The notes: generated by a model from the sequence alone, not told the origin. 64,000 nucleotides of DNA from Anthoceros angustus (GCA_010909165.1 MU008190.1:407166-471165), one strand, 5' to 3'; positions 50,101-63,055 are shown, counted from the stretch's first letter. Translations and numbers: made by a program.

Positions 50101-51838
50101 AATCATCCAACTCCTTGCTGTAGCCCTCTACTTCCCATAAATGCACTAGATAAGTGCTAAGATAACAAGGCCTTGCACTTCTTCATCTGCTGCGTTAGGC
50201 AACTTCTCCCTATGATGAATGTAAGCTTCATACATGATGAGCCCCAATCCGGCTTTGCTCCTATCTTCCATAGAAAATGGAAGGAAAGGTCTTTGAAATA
50301 TGACACCTTGATGCTTCACCAAGCCCAATTCTTGTGAACAATCTCCACTTGGGCTCAAGATTTGGATACTCTCCGCCAGCCATTCTTAGACTTAGCCTTC
50401 ATTCCACCTTCCATAAGGGTCTAATACTTCCTTGGGATATCCGCCGGCCCCCATTAGTCGCTTCCAATCGATTCCGCTATCCTCCTCATCCGACCTCCCA
50501 TAAACTTGGCGAATGCTTACATCAGCAGGGATCGTCCGTAGCATTTCTTCCGTAGGCGGCCAATTCCTCTTGATGGAGGTTGATGTGCACTCTCAATCAA
50601 TTCAAATTTGGTGTAGACCAATGCCCATACACCCACTCTAGTGGATATTCTCTCCTGCTGTCGAAATCCACCAAGGTCTCTAGAGGGTTGAGTTGCGAAA
50701 CAAGGCATGTCAGCATTTCAGATCCTTGGTGGCCTCTTGCCTCTCTGCACCTCCCTTGGGAACCCCTCCTTGTGTTTCCCTTGGTCAGTCCTTGGTCATG
50801 GCCTCCTTGGAAACTTGCGTTAGGATGGAAAAAAAAGTTGTGGGCCTTTTTCCACACAGCTTTGGTTTTCTTCTCGCTCTTGGCTTCTGACTTCACGGCT
50901 CTCTGGCACTCTCCTCAAGCTTCTTGCCTTCTTCTTTTCTTTCTTTGCGTTCTTCTTTTTCCCCGGCCAAGCTCAACTCCTGCTCTCTTCTTTAACACCC
51001 CATTCTTACGCTTCTTGGTTGCGCCCCAACTTGCTCCGCCCACTTCTTCCCTCATCTTGGACCTTTGGGCTCAAGTGTTGCGGTGGCTTGCTCTCCTTCT
51101 CCTTCCTCCTCCTTGGCCTTGGGTGCGTAATACTGCATGGCCTTGGGGAGAGAGTATGCTCTCCTGTGCGGTTCCCACTCTCGGATGTGCCACACAGCTA
51201 GTTTTATCCTAGATCTCTGCATTACTTCCTGTACTTCTTAAAACACTAAGTCTCTTGGGGGAGCGAGTATAATCTTGCTTGGGATTCGGGCGAACATATA
51301 GTCCGTTTGTCCTTGGCGTTGGTTAGAAAAATATTATCATTCTTCCTTGGGCGTGCCTTATCATCCTAATTTGGCTAATTTCCTTGTCCTTGATCCACAT
51401 TATTCTTAATTTCTTAATTTGCGTTTCCCATCTAGTCCACTATAAATCTATCTAGCAATAATTGAGTCGTTACCTCTCCTGGCGGTAGGACATCCTACCA
51501 TGGTGCCCACTCCCTACGATTCTCCCAACTTCCTCCCGACCACGTTGTACTTGGGCCTTGGTTTACATCTGTAGGTGACCTAGCGTGGGTTCTTCTCCTA
51601 CGGTGGTAGGATCTCTCACCCTAAATGGTAGGAGTTTCTCCCGGTGGTTGACACCTCCTACCACTCATGTACCTCTTCTCCTCCACGGTGACCGTTTCTT
51701 TCTTTCCCTTACATACTTTTTGCCTTCAGGCTCGGGAACATCAAAAGGTTGCATGTCTTCCCAAACCATTTCTAGCAAAGAGTGTGGGCTTTTCCTCGAA
51801 CTCATTTAAGCTTGTTGCCCAAACTTTTTCGTTCCACA
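47146..51838 (-). repeat. 3' LTR (~4.7 kb) with internal ORF
   Basis: Begins TGTGG two bases after the PPT; homologous along most of its length to the solo copies at 31440 and 42428. Confidence 0.7.
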
Positions 51839-51840
51839 TA

Positions 51841-51852
51841 CTCCCCCTCACT
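51841..51852 (-). other. Polypurine tract AGTGAGGGGGAG
   Basis: 25 bp after the pol stop and directly before TA-TGTGG. Confidence 0.8.
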
Positions 51853-51876
51853 GTTTGCGTCCTGCAAACAACGATC

Positions 51877-54800
51877 TCAGTGAGTGTACTTCTTAACCTT
51901 CCACCCATTCACTCTAGTTGACAAATCCCCATCCGGCTGCAGTTGCGGATCCATTCTCATACCTGCCACCACCTCATAAGGTCCCATCCATCTCAATCTA
52001 AGCTTCCAGGAAGTCCATATAGCTATCATATAGAAGAACCAAATCCCGGCCATGATAGCTTCTTGCTTCCTCAACTTCCCATCATCCTTTCTAAGCTCCA
52101 CGAATTGAGTTTCTTCTAAAGCATCTTCCCTGCGTTCTCATGCTCTATGAAGACTCTAGTCTAGCTACACGGCTATCTTCTGATCATCGCTCATCCTCCA
52201 TGATTCTATAGGTAGGTACTTCAAATTCTCTGGCATCAGGAGACATGCCATATGTTAAATAATAAGGGGTCTTCTTGGTTGTCACTTCTCTACATCTGTA
52301 AGCCCATAACCTTGAATGTAGCTTAGTGTCCCAATCATACATGTGAGTCACGATTACCTTGGTCAAGATTGTACACAGCCCATTCGTTTTCTCAAATCAA
52401 ACCATTGCTTTGGGATTGTAAGGAGTTGTCTTTCGATGCGAATGTTGAAGTAGGTGGTGAGAGTCTCGATCCGAGTTGAGAAATGAGTTCCCATGACCAA
52501 CTCAAAGGACATCCATACCTCGTTATAATGTTCTCAAAGAAAGAAAGCTCTGCGGTGCGTCGTCCTTTCTTGTTGCTTGACCTCCACCATCTTTGTACAA
52601 TAGTCGTAGCCACCAAGATATATTGCTTCCTTGTCCATTGTGTGGGTGGCTTGATTGGACCTACAAAATCTATACCCACTTCTCAAATGGTGCCAAAGGT
52701 AGTATATGTAGGTGAGAGCCCTTTGTGTTGGGCCTTCCAACCCTCGACCGCATCACACCTCCTAATAAATTCCCACATCCCTCGCATTGTGGCCCACAGG
52801 CTTGCATCCAAGACCTTTTTCACGGTGATTTGCGGAATAATGACCACCTCTTACGCATGTAAAGCACGTGACCAAAAGCGACTTCTCTAATTTCCGGGAC
52901 ATAGAATCTTCTCGTCTGGACCAAGCTTATGACCCCATCCGTAGGCAATAAGGGGCTGTCTTGTGGAAAAACAGCTCGCCCCTCTAGACAAACCATCGGG
53001 CATGATTCCATGCTCTAGAAAATTCCCTCACCATTCTTGGTCTGGGCATGAACTCATCCGTTCAATCTCCTCCTTCCATACGTCGCCTCCTGCCAGCTCG
53101 CACGCAGCAGCCCCAGCGTTGTTCCATCCCAAATCCATTTCTCCCGCTTTGTCCATCTGCGAGTTTTGCAATCCTCCTTCGTTATTTCCTTCCCTTCCTG
53201 CTGGTCTAGCCTCGTGTCCAGCTCGTGCTCCCATACCTCTCTCTTTGTTTCATAGCCTCTCATGGTGATTTCCCATGAATCATTTTCCTCTCCTGCCGTT
53301 TTGCTCAAACTTTGCATCTCCTTCCTCGCCCTCTGGCGCACCTACCTCCCTTTCTCCTCCTTGCGCCCATGGCGACCTCGCCAAGTGGGCGCCTTTCTTG
53401 CCCGGCTCCCATAGTTTCGCTTCTTCTTTTGCCAACTGGCCTCCACTTGCAGCCCTCCTGCTCACCCTTGAGAGCATTCCAGCCTCCTCCTCGCGCCCAT
53501 CTGGCGCCCTTTTATCCTCTCGGTTCCAGTTGTCCTGCGCCTTTCTGCACTCCTCCCTTCTTGCTCATTTCATGGTGACAACTCTGCTCAACCCGCAGGC
53601 GCAACATGCTCATCTCCCCTTGACCCGGGCCGCACCAAATCGGTCGGTCAGTGGTCAGTCGCTCTCCGGTTTCGACGAGAGATGAAATCGGCATTGATCT
53701 TGCACACCTAGTTTCTCGTCATAATCAAACTCTTGCAGCAGTACGCAATCCTTCACGACAAATAAAACTTGTTCACAAGGTACTTCAGCGCAAAATGGTC
53801 AACATGAAGCGTCACTTTGCAAGCAAGCGGATAGTGCCTAAACTTCTTACGAGGAGTAAATGATACCAAGACCCTCTCGCTGTGGTTGAGTAGTTCTTCT
53901 CGACATCAAGTGAGTTGTCTTCAGCATAGAAGATCGGATGGTCCGTTTCTTCTCGTCCTTACGGCTTAAGATGGTCCCAATGGCATGGACACATCACGTA
54001 TACATAACGGTTTCTCCCAATCGGCGGTTGTAATGTGAGTCGCTCACCGCTGTCCAGCTTGAAAAGCCTCATCTTCTTGCGTCCATTCGAAAGGTGTATC
54101 CTTCTTGGTCAATTATTGCAAGGCTGCCTTCTTAGCAAAATCCTTGATGAACCTCACTAATATCCTACCACTCCTACAAAGGCACGCTTTGCCTCACCGT
54201 TTGAGTGCGTCCATCTCGACTATAACACCTTCTCCTTATCTACACCAATCCTCTTCTTTGAAACTCGATGTGCCAACAAAATACCTTCCGTCATGCCAAA
54301 ATAACACTTCTGGATGAAGCTTCATGGGGACTGGACTAAAACATTGTCTTAGGTGTCCTAGGTGACTTCCTCTTAAACATAAAAATCATCCGAAATACCT
54401 CCATGAACTTCGCGGAAAATCTCGATAGCATTCACCACCTGAAAAGTGGCGGAGGCGTTGCACAAGCGAAGGTAGCTTGGAATAGCGTAAGTACCCCAAT
54501 CGGTTGTGAGCGTAGTCTTGTCTGGTCCTCCTCCTCAGCGAAATCGATTGTACCCATACCCAGAAGCTGCATTTCATGGCCCATGTCAACACTGTCCATG
54601 AAAGGCAAAGTGGTGGTCCTTCTTCGTTCATTAACTTCACGAAATCTGACACACCCGTACCTTCCCTGCTTCTTAGGTTACAATGATGGCGACCCACTTG
54701 GTAAGCCTTAGGATAAATCACCCGCTTCCAAGTATTGGTCCATCCTTGGCGACCATAGAATACTTGGGATTCAACTGTGCTTGATCCTTACGAGTCTTGC

Positions 54801-57160
54801 CCTCCTTCAAATCGATTCGGTGTATCCCCAATTCTTCGAATTCACATCATATCGGTAATTTTGAAGGCAAACACATCAACATACTCCCTAAGTACCCTAC
54901 GAAACTCCTCTTTTTCTACACTCCTAGGTACCTAGAGATCTTAACTACCTTGCTAGGCTCTAGCTCCGAGTCTTCTACCGCATCTGGATCTACATATGTC
55001 CCTTCCGGATTGCTACCTGCACTGTTCCCGGATCCCTCGTCAAAGAAAATCACGATCATAGGCCTTACCCTTCCAAAAGGCTACTCCTTCTCTATGCGCT
55101 TTGTCCTCTGACTCCTCCTCTACGTCATCCTCTACGTGTAGGCAGGTATACACCAACTCAGATTTTATTGTGGCTACCTCAACTGAGGGTCCTCGGTAGG
55201 CTCGGTCACTGCCCGAAGAGCTTACCCCCGTACTACCCGAGGTGTACCCATCGGACTAAAGCGCGGACTCCCCTTCATAGGGCGCCTTGCTCCATGACAC
55301 AAAAGCGACCTCAGCAGGCTCTACCCTACACGACTTAAACGTAATGCCGTTGCGACCGAAATCAAAGACACAGGCAGTACCATACAACCAAGGCCTGCCT
55401 ATCAAAACCTTGTAGCCTAGATCTGACACTGGCCTCATAATAATGTAGGTAAGATGGAGTGTGAGACCTCCAATCACAGTTGGCACGTTTCTTGGCAACC
55501 CCAAGGGTTTCCTCCTTGTTTGATCATGCATTCTCAAACGGTCGGATGGGGTGAACTTGGTGAATCAAGGCGATCGCTGTCTTCCTCGATCATCAAGTTG
55601 ACTCCGAGCACGAATCAATGGCACATTAGCCACCAAGCAACGCAATTTCAATCTCAATTTACGGTGCCCAAATCAACAAGTTCGACCATTTACCTCCACG
55701 GCCTCCTTCTTACCCGAGGTTGAGATTCCCCGATCGCTTCCTTCACAATTTTTGCGGGATCTTGGACTTCACAGCAAGCAAGCATCTCAAAGTGACCACA
55801 AATTCTCGGTCAAGCAATGCATCGACGGAGATCTTATACGGCAATGTTTCCTCCCCGTTTTTCAGCCTATATTTGGTCAATTCCGACCTTATTGGTATAC
55901 TTCTAGAATCCATAGTCCCTCCTATCGGTTGGGACTCCATACAGCCAGTTGATGACTTGAGCTCACTACCTCCTCTTTACCATTGTATCTTTGGGTGAGC
56001 CTCCTCGGCTCATCCTCCATGAATTCACTGTCATGAACGATGATCTTGAAGGCAAACACATCAACGTACTCCCTAAGCACACTACGGAACTCCTCTTTCT
56101 CTACCTGTCCTAGATACTTAGAAACCTTGACTACCTTGCTAGGCTCTAACTCTAAGTCTTCTCTGATCGGGATCTACATGTCCCCTCGGTTGCTACACTA
56201 GTTCGGATCCCTCCTCGGGAAAATCACGATCATAGGCCTTACCTCCAAAGGCTACTCCTTCCTATGTGATCCTCTTGACTCTCTCGACATCTCTCGTGCA
56301 AGCGACACCAAATCACTCTTTATTTGGACCTCAACTAAGGTCCGGTAGGCTCGGTCCTTTGCAGGAGCTTACCCCGTGCTTCGAGGTGTACCCATCGGGG
56401 GCCGGACTCCCCTCATAGGTGCCTTGCTCCATGACACGCGCGACCTCCGCGGGCCCTACCCTACTTGACTTGGCTTGCGCTCAGAAATCAAAGACACAGG
56501 CAGTACCATACAGCCAAGGCCTGCCTATCAAAACCTTGTAGCCTAAATCCGACACGGCCTCATAACAATGTAGGTAAGGTGGAAGGTGAGACCTCCAATC
56601 ACAGTTGGTATGTTTCTCAACACTCCCAGTGGCTTCCTCCTTGTTTGGTCGGCCATCCGCAAAAACACTCGGGCCGGGTGAAACTCGGTGAACCCAAGCT
56701 GATGAGCTGTCTCCTCTGTCATCAAGTTGACTCCCGATCCCGAATCCAATGGCACATTGGGCACCAAGCAATCTGCAATCTCAACTTCAATTTCGGGTGC
56801 CCCCAAATCAACGTGTTCGACCACGTTTACCTCCACTGGCGGCCTTCTCATCCCCACAGCCTCAGGGATTCCCTTGACTGCTTCCTTTACAATTTTGCGG
56901 GATCTCGGGCTCACCGCAAGTAAATGCCTCAAGCTGACCACAAATTCTCGGTCAAGCAATGCGTCAGCGAAACTAGAGATCTTATCTGACAAGGTTTCCT
57001 CCCCGTTTGCAGCCCTGACGCTGGTCGATTCTGACCTTATTGGTAAATTCCTTGAATCCATGGTCCCTTTGGGTGGGACTCCATACCCGGCGGATCAACA
57101 ACTTCTGGCTCCGCTACCTTCTTCTTCGAATCTTTGGGTGAGCTTCCTCATCCTCCGACG
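51877..57160 (-). pseudogene. pol region (protease x2, RT, RNase H, integrase), heavily frameshifted as assembled
   Basis: Motif-bearing ORF fragments at 56543-57061, 55256-55537, 54386-54721, 52392-52679, 52184-52366 and 51877-52101. Confidence 0.8.
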
Positions 57161-58161
57161 CCATCCCCGCGGTGATATCGGGAGGAAATGCGGATCGTTT
57201 CTCCCCTCCTTTGGCTCTTCCTCGTTTCTCCCTACCGCGGTGGTGCCCGCCTACCCGGTGTGCCGGACTCGCGGTAGTGCCTACCCTCGGTAGGGTGGGT
57301 CGTTCCTCCTCCTCGGCTGGACTCTCATCTCGAGGCCAAGGTGAGTCCCTCACCTTCCTCCTCTTCCTCTCCTCCTTGGCGCTTTTCCTTCGGCCTTTCT
57401 CCCGTCGCTCCGATCTGGTGGTCACCTTGGCCACCATCAATCCTTCATCCGCGCTCATCTCTCCTTCGTACCCTTCTTCCACAATTCCTGACGTCACACT
57501 GGATTCGTCGAGGAAATCGTATTCCGCTTCCACCTTCAGCACGGGCGTCGTGGTCACTGTAATCGCGGTTTCAGGGTTGGTTCGTGTTTCCTCCACCACA
57601 GGCTCCGTGAACCTGACCCCTGGTCGCGCTGGTGTCACTCGCGCCACGCCCGAACACCTGGGATCCCCCATCTTATGCCCCAATTCCTTGCATACCTGAC
57701 AAAAGGGCACATAACCCACTTGCTTTCGAGGTTCTGGGCAATCATTTGAGTAGTGACCCGGTGCTCCGCAATTATAACAACATCCCTATGGAATTGCCAT
57801 CGGCCTTTGTGATGAATCCGGTCTCCATGGCCCTGGCGATGTCGGTCGTGATCCATACCTCGAGGGAACTGGTGTAGCAGGTTGGTAAGTCGCCCTCATT
57901 GATTGAGGTGGCCGACTTCCAGTGACCGCTTGCACCTGGTAAGCTTCATCCACATACCAATAGTCCCCAGGCATGACGGTTTCCAAATGATTTACATGGT
58001 CTGGCCATTCCACATTGGTGTGTCCCGTTTGATGACAAATTGAGCAATACACCAACTGTCTCTGGTGAGGGAGACCTTCGTGGAGCTTGATCCTTCACCG
58101 CCTTGACCTCCAATTTGGTCAATCTCTTCGTTTGCTTGGTCAATCTCTTCGAAGGAGACAA
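57114..58161 (-). pseudogene. gag region with two zinc-knuckle-like motifs
   Basis: ORFs 57786-58055 (CSICHQTGHTNV) and 57114-57719 (CQVCKELGHKMGDPRC). Confidence 0.7.
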
Positions 58162-58316
58162 CTCACACCCTTTAGTGTCTCAACCGTTCACTCCTATGAC
58201 AGCTAGAGGGCGTGAAGTTCCTTCTTTACAATATATGGTCACTTTCTCAGTCCCTTCTCAAGCATTCTACAGTGATGAAACCTCAAAACTTCAAACTTTG
58301 ACAACAAATCCACATT

Positions 58317-58327
58317 AGCAGGCGCCA
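58317..58327 (-). other. Primer binding site TGGCGCCTGCT
   Basis: Follows the LTR end ...CTCCCACA after TTT; TGG start is complementary to the tRNA CCA end. Confidence 0.75.
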
Positions 58328-59527
58328 AAATGTGGGAGGAAAAAAGGGCTTCCGAGGCTTCCCCTCTGCGGCCACACTTATCCCAGCCGTTTACGCGTTG
58401 GGTTTCGTCCCATGAGACTTGTGTGAAAGATCGAGTCTTGTGGAAAACAATCACTACCTCTGGTGACACAACTTCTCGACCTTCTAAACAAGCAAGGCGC
58501 CTCTACTCTCCTCTTACGGAAATGCACCACTTGCCGCTCGAAGACTTCCAATCCCGACCTACAATGACGACACAATTGCGGGCTGCCTTAGCGGCGAGGA
58601 GCCCTGCGAGCGCCTGTGGGACCCCACGATCCCGCACCGCACTTAGTCTCTACTTCTAAGACCATCTTCTCCCTCGGGGGCCCTTTTTACTTGCAGTTTG
58701 GGATTGCGTCCCTTAGGCTCACAGTGGCCTTCGCTAACGCCACTCTATTCCTCTACTCATCTCTTCATCCTTTTCCTCCTACTCTAACCTCGCCTTCGGG
58801 CTTCTTGGCCGACTCGCCCACGGCACGGCATTGCTGGGTGCGTCTTCCACCAGAGTTCTTCCTTGGGCGGTTACTATGAATTAGACACCAATCGGCAGTA
58901 TCTCCGTGAGTCTCGTCTGCGGCCTTCCTCCCGTAGAGTTGATGAGAATCATACACAAGCTCAAGCAATATGTGTTGCATTACATTCATAATAGAAAGTA
59001 CATGCCTTTATGTAGGCAAGGTAGTTGTAACCAATAAGTGGTTGTAACAATTAACCAATTAAATAACTACTAAAAGAAACTACCTAGAGCCCTAAGGACT
59101 AAATTAATTATTAAGTCCTAGGTGCCCTAGTTAAGAGTGCCCTAATAGTAAGCTATTTTATCACTCCCACTCACTATGAACTAGGGGTGATTTTCTGATC
59201 AAAAAGAGGTCAAGGAAAACTAGTCTAGCAAAAACTAGTCCCTAACTAAACTTTACTTAAAAGCATACAGTAAAACTTAAAGTAAAAATTGAAAGTAATA
59301 ATCACCATTAAAATAACTCCCACTTAAGGAGAACTGAGGTGAGTAACTAATAACCCAACTTCAGTAATTAGGTTGAATTAAAACTAATTAAATTGTATTT
59401 AAGGGAATTTATATATAGGGGAAATTCCAGAAAATAGCCTAATTTCCGAAAAGGAAAATCAAAAGGATAATAGGTAATACCCCTCCTTCCTCCACTTCGC
59501 GACTCGTGATTCTGACAAGTTTGGTGG

Positions 59528-60061
59528 TTGGTACATGCGGTCGATGGCGATGGCGGGAGGATGGCCACCGCCGTGGCCCAATCCCCACGGGAGGCGCCCA
59601 AGTGGGGACACCATTGCGTCCGAGCCCAGCCCCTCTCTCCGTGTGGCAGGCCGTGCACGCCTCAGGCCCATCCGTCCGGCGTCCTTGCAGCGAGGGCTCA
59701 CGGCGCTTTTGGGCGCTCAAGCAAGAAGGATAGGAGGGCGCCCCTACCTGCTGATGCCCATAGTCGTATTCCTGCTGCTGATGAAGAGTCTCTGCCTCCA
59801 CAGACCTCGTCCTTCCTGCAGCCTTTCAGAAAGAAACCTCCTGCATCCATCATTGATCTGACCTCATCCTCGGAGGATGAAGCTGAAACAGAAGTGCCTA
59901 AGGATCCTACACAGGACGCGCTCCAGCCTGAAGAGGAAAAGCCTGCTGTCCAGAAGTGTAAGATTGTGTCTTCATTTTCTGCCATGTCTCCTAGGATGCA
60001 AAAGTTTGTGAAGCAATTGCTGGATGTGTTCATCAAAGGGGGAGAAGGGCAGCCTAGGTGA
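59528..60061 (+). CDS. Unknown TE-associated ORF with an acidic IIDLTSSSEDE segment
   Basis: 177-aa ORF between an AT-rich tract and a tandem repeat; no recognisable domain. Confidence 0.25.
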   Translation: MVHAVDGDGGRMATAVAQSPREAPKWGHHCVRAQPLSPCGRPCTPQAHPSGVLAARAHGAFGRSSKKDRRAPLPADAHSRIPAADEESLPPQTSSFLQPFRKKPPASIIDLTSSSEDEAETEVPKDPTQDALQPEEEKPAVQKCKIVSSFSAMSPRMQKFVKQLLDVFIKGGEGQPR

Positions 60062-60119
60062 TGAGGACGTGCCTGTCATGGCACGGATAGAATGGAAGCA
60101 TGTGACTTAGGATAATGTG

Positions 60120-60242
60120 ATAGGCATGTGCATGTGGATGTTAATAGGCATGTGCATGTTAATGTAATGTGCATGTTGATAGGCATGTGCATGTTAATAT
60201 AATGTGCATGTTGATAGGCATGTGCATGTTAATGTGCATGTA
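60120..60242. repeat. Tandem repeat built from TGTGCATGT monomers (~35-bp higher-order unit)
   Basis: GATAGGCATGTGCATGTTAAT.TAATGTGCATGTT repeated. Confidence 0.85.
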
Positions 60243-60349
60243 GTATGGCGATCACATGGTATTTTATAAATATGGGCATGGTAGAGCGAAAAGCGTGTAA
60301 TGTATGCGCTATAAGCGGCGGTGGCAAGAAGTCAGCGGAGGACAAGAAC

Positions 60350-62340
60350 ATTAAGGCAAAGGCGGCCTCGGTCGGGCGCGCATCTTCTCGGGATAGCAAA
60401 GACATTTATGGTGTGGGCGAAGGCGATAAAAGGAATAGCAATCAGGGACATGGATTCTTTGATGTTTCTGGAGGAAACAAGAAAGAGGTGGATGTCGTGA
60501 GCAGGATCCCAAAAGCGAAGAGCCTAGCCAGTGTGTGTGGGTGGTGTGCAGTGAAAACAAAAGATTTTTGCACATCGGTAATCCAAGAAGGCGATAAGAG
60601 CCTTGTTGTTCATCTTGAAGGGCCCAGAGGCAACCCATGATTCGGATGCTACAAAGCACCCAAGATTGCTTGACGAAGGAGTAGTGACACCATTCGAGGA
60701 TAAGTCGATGGTGGACTTCAAGCTACTAGACTATTCTTTGTCGCTTTTACTTTCAGTCGTTCCATTCTTATTTGAGGCCACTCTAGCGGAGATTGAACCA
60801 GCCTACTTGTGGCGAGGCTCTGGATTGATGGTTGATAAACTAACTTGGTAGCAAATTGGGTGAAGAGGGGACCAATACTAACCCGATGAAATGCCATACA
60901 TAGTATCCCGTAGAGGAAGAGATTGAAGTGATGGTGTTTTTGCTCGGGTTGGACAAAAGTCACCCCAACCCGGAAGCTTGTCGAAGTTGTCGCTCCTCAA
61001 TCCTTGTTAGTGCGACACGTGGTCAATTTGAGTGGAGTCAGAGTCCCATTCGTGCCATAGACTCTGAAGAGAGTCTTCTTTGGTGCAAGGATGGATGCAG
61101 GCGGCTCCCAGCAAAATGATGTGTTCACAGACATGGGAACATGTCTCTTGCGATTCGAGGAGAAATTGGGCAATCGTGAAATGGTGCTTAAATACAAGTG
61201 CAGGTTCACACACGGAGATGGACGTTGAGGAAGATGAGCGTTCTGGCGGTGAGGCTCTAACATGTTATCGTGGCGGCAAGGATCAGTTCTGCAGAATGCT
61301 GCACTATCAAGATCAAGGCGGTGGCAGGCCTTGAAGAGAGATGAAGAAGAGGACGAGAGGCAGGTTCACAAAGCAAAGCGTTATTACCTATTTGGTAGAT
61401 GAAATGTTTGTCAAATTCGGTGAGATGTTTCGGTGTCTTGATAGAAGATACAAGAATTGTCAAAATTCACCATTAGGCCCAGTGAACCTCTTGGGTATAC
61501 TTAAGGTTGAGGCAAGCTGGTGAAAGATACGAAGTGAAGCGATCACGGGCCCAGCGAGATATATATCAGCCTTGCTGCGGGCCAGTGATCGCCAACTACG
61601 CACATGATGCGCAGGCGAGAATATGAGCTAGATCAAGCATATGAAATGGCCGAGAGGGTCATGAAAGGTGATGCTGTGACTAGCATATTGGGAGGAGCAC
61701 AATGTGGTCGGAGGACATCGATGCTTGAATCCACATAAGGCTCAAGGAAGAAATGTATCGGGAACCCACACCGGTGAATTCAGCGAGAACTCACCTCCCA
61801 AGGCGGCCAGGTCAATAAGCGCCTGCAACCCGAAAGCTATGATTAAATGTTTGCGATGTAGAGGGCCACAAGGCATTTGAGTGTGAGCACCGAGTTGGTG
61901 GAGCGAAGGAAAAGGAAGTGTGCGAGCATGTGGCAAGGCAGGCACAGCCCAGGGGCCTGGCGGCAATCTCATCGAGTTCAAAGGGAGCGAGCGGTTGATA
62001 AACCAAAGCCGGATGAACTACGGAAAGGCAACTTTGCCATAGGATTGCAAGGCGTTGGCGATGAGTGTGAGTGTAAGGAGGAAGCTCTAGTGGTCCAAGC
62101 GTAACACACTCATAGGATGAGGGTATATGCGTTGATGGCGGGAAGACCAATTCGCTCAAAGGAGAATAGTGTGGATTTGGAAAGAATGTCAAGAGAAGCG
62201 AGTTGAGGAGAGAAACCAACTCGAATGCCTGATCCTTGGACAAATGGAAGATGAAGCGTCTAGGTTGGAAAAGAAGAATGTCACTCGGTCATGAAGTCTT
62301 GCTTGAGAAGGCAATGGAAATTCCGTGATGAGCTTGCGAG
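60350..62340 (-). mobile_element. Decayed non-LTR (L1-like) ORF2 3' portion
   Basis: Fragmentary minus-strand matches to RT and post-RT motifs: LHDRVTFFF (cf. FADD..F), TLGPL...RQRLAILWQSCLS (cf. YLG.PL..RL..W...LS), QETCSHV, LWAL. Confidence 0.35.
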
Positions 62341-62373
62341 ACCTGAGGGGTCAAAACACAGCCATTTAAACAA

Positions 62374-63030
62374 ATGATGCAAGCATGGATCAGAAAAAAG
62401 TCCGCAGATCTGGGAGTACCCGGACTTGCCAGTTTAAGAGGTGATCACCTGAAGCCAGGAGCGAGAGGCAAAGGTGGAATTGCGTTGGTGAAGAACCAAA
62501 ATCGCGAAGTCACGGTCAATGGTTTTGCTCCGAATTGTGTATTGGTGGACACGGGTGCTGATCCAGTGTTACTAGGGGCTCGAGTTCAAGAGGCGCTCAA
62601 ACTATATGGTGATAAGTTGAAACCAAGTGATGTGCGCATCACTACCTCTGCGGGCACCAAGGAACAAGTAATGGGAATGACCCGTGATCTTGTCAGAATC
62701 GAATTCAAACCTGGCACACCAGATGCATGTGTGATTGAAGTTCGATGCTTAGTATCAGATGCCAAAAATTATGATGTGCTGCTTGGTGCTGATGCCACAC
62801 ATGGACCAGCCATGGGGGTGGATCCATTACATGCGGTAGCGTTCTACCGAACGAGGTGGCAGGAGGGAGACTTCACACACGTTGCCAGAATTCCACTGGA
62901 GATGACAAGGCGAGATGAAAAACCCAGGAGCATGCTAGCGATAAGGGCATGTGTAGCTCAAAGCGTCGATCGCAAAGAGATGTGGCGAGAAACGCAGGAG
63001 ATGATGGCGGATGAAGTGCAAAACACAAAG
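62374..63030 (+). mobile_element. Retropepsin-type aspartic protease of a second retroelement family
   Basis: VLVDTGADPVLLG...YDVLLGAD...FYRTRWQEGD within ORF 62374-63288; unrelated in sequence to the DSG protease at 55-57 kb. Confidence 0.75.
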
Positions 63031-63055
63031 AGGAGTTTGTGTGTGTTGGGTTGCG

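Larger units (their letters stand above)
47146..58990 (-). mobile_element. Near-complete Ty3/gypsy (non-chromoviral, Athila/Tat-like) retrotransposon
   Basis: Minus-strand order: 5' LTR remnant 58990-58331 ending CCACA; PBS; gag with two knuckles (CSICHQTGH, CQVCKELGH); DSG protease (twice); RT (GKVRVC, TTLTTDWGTY, CNASATFQ, KCYFGMTEGILLAHRVS); RNase H; integrase (GIDFVGPI, LRWMGPYEV, VNGWKVKKYTH* ending 51877); PPT; 3' LTR 51838-47146. Confidence 0.88.

Noticed and set aside
42428-51838. Pure template-complement fold-back read as the origin of the palindrome
   Set aside because: The arms are offset by ~140 bp, show conservative amino-acid differences, and the right arm continues into PPT, pol, gag and PBS. 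Not fully excluded without raw reads.
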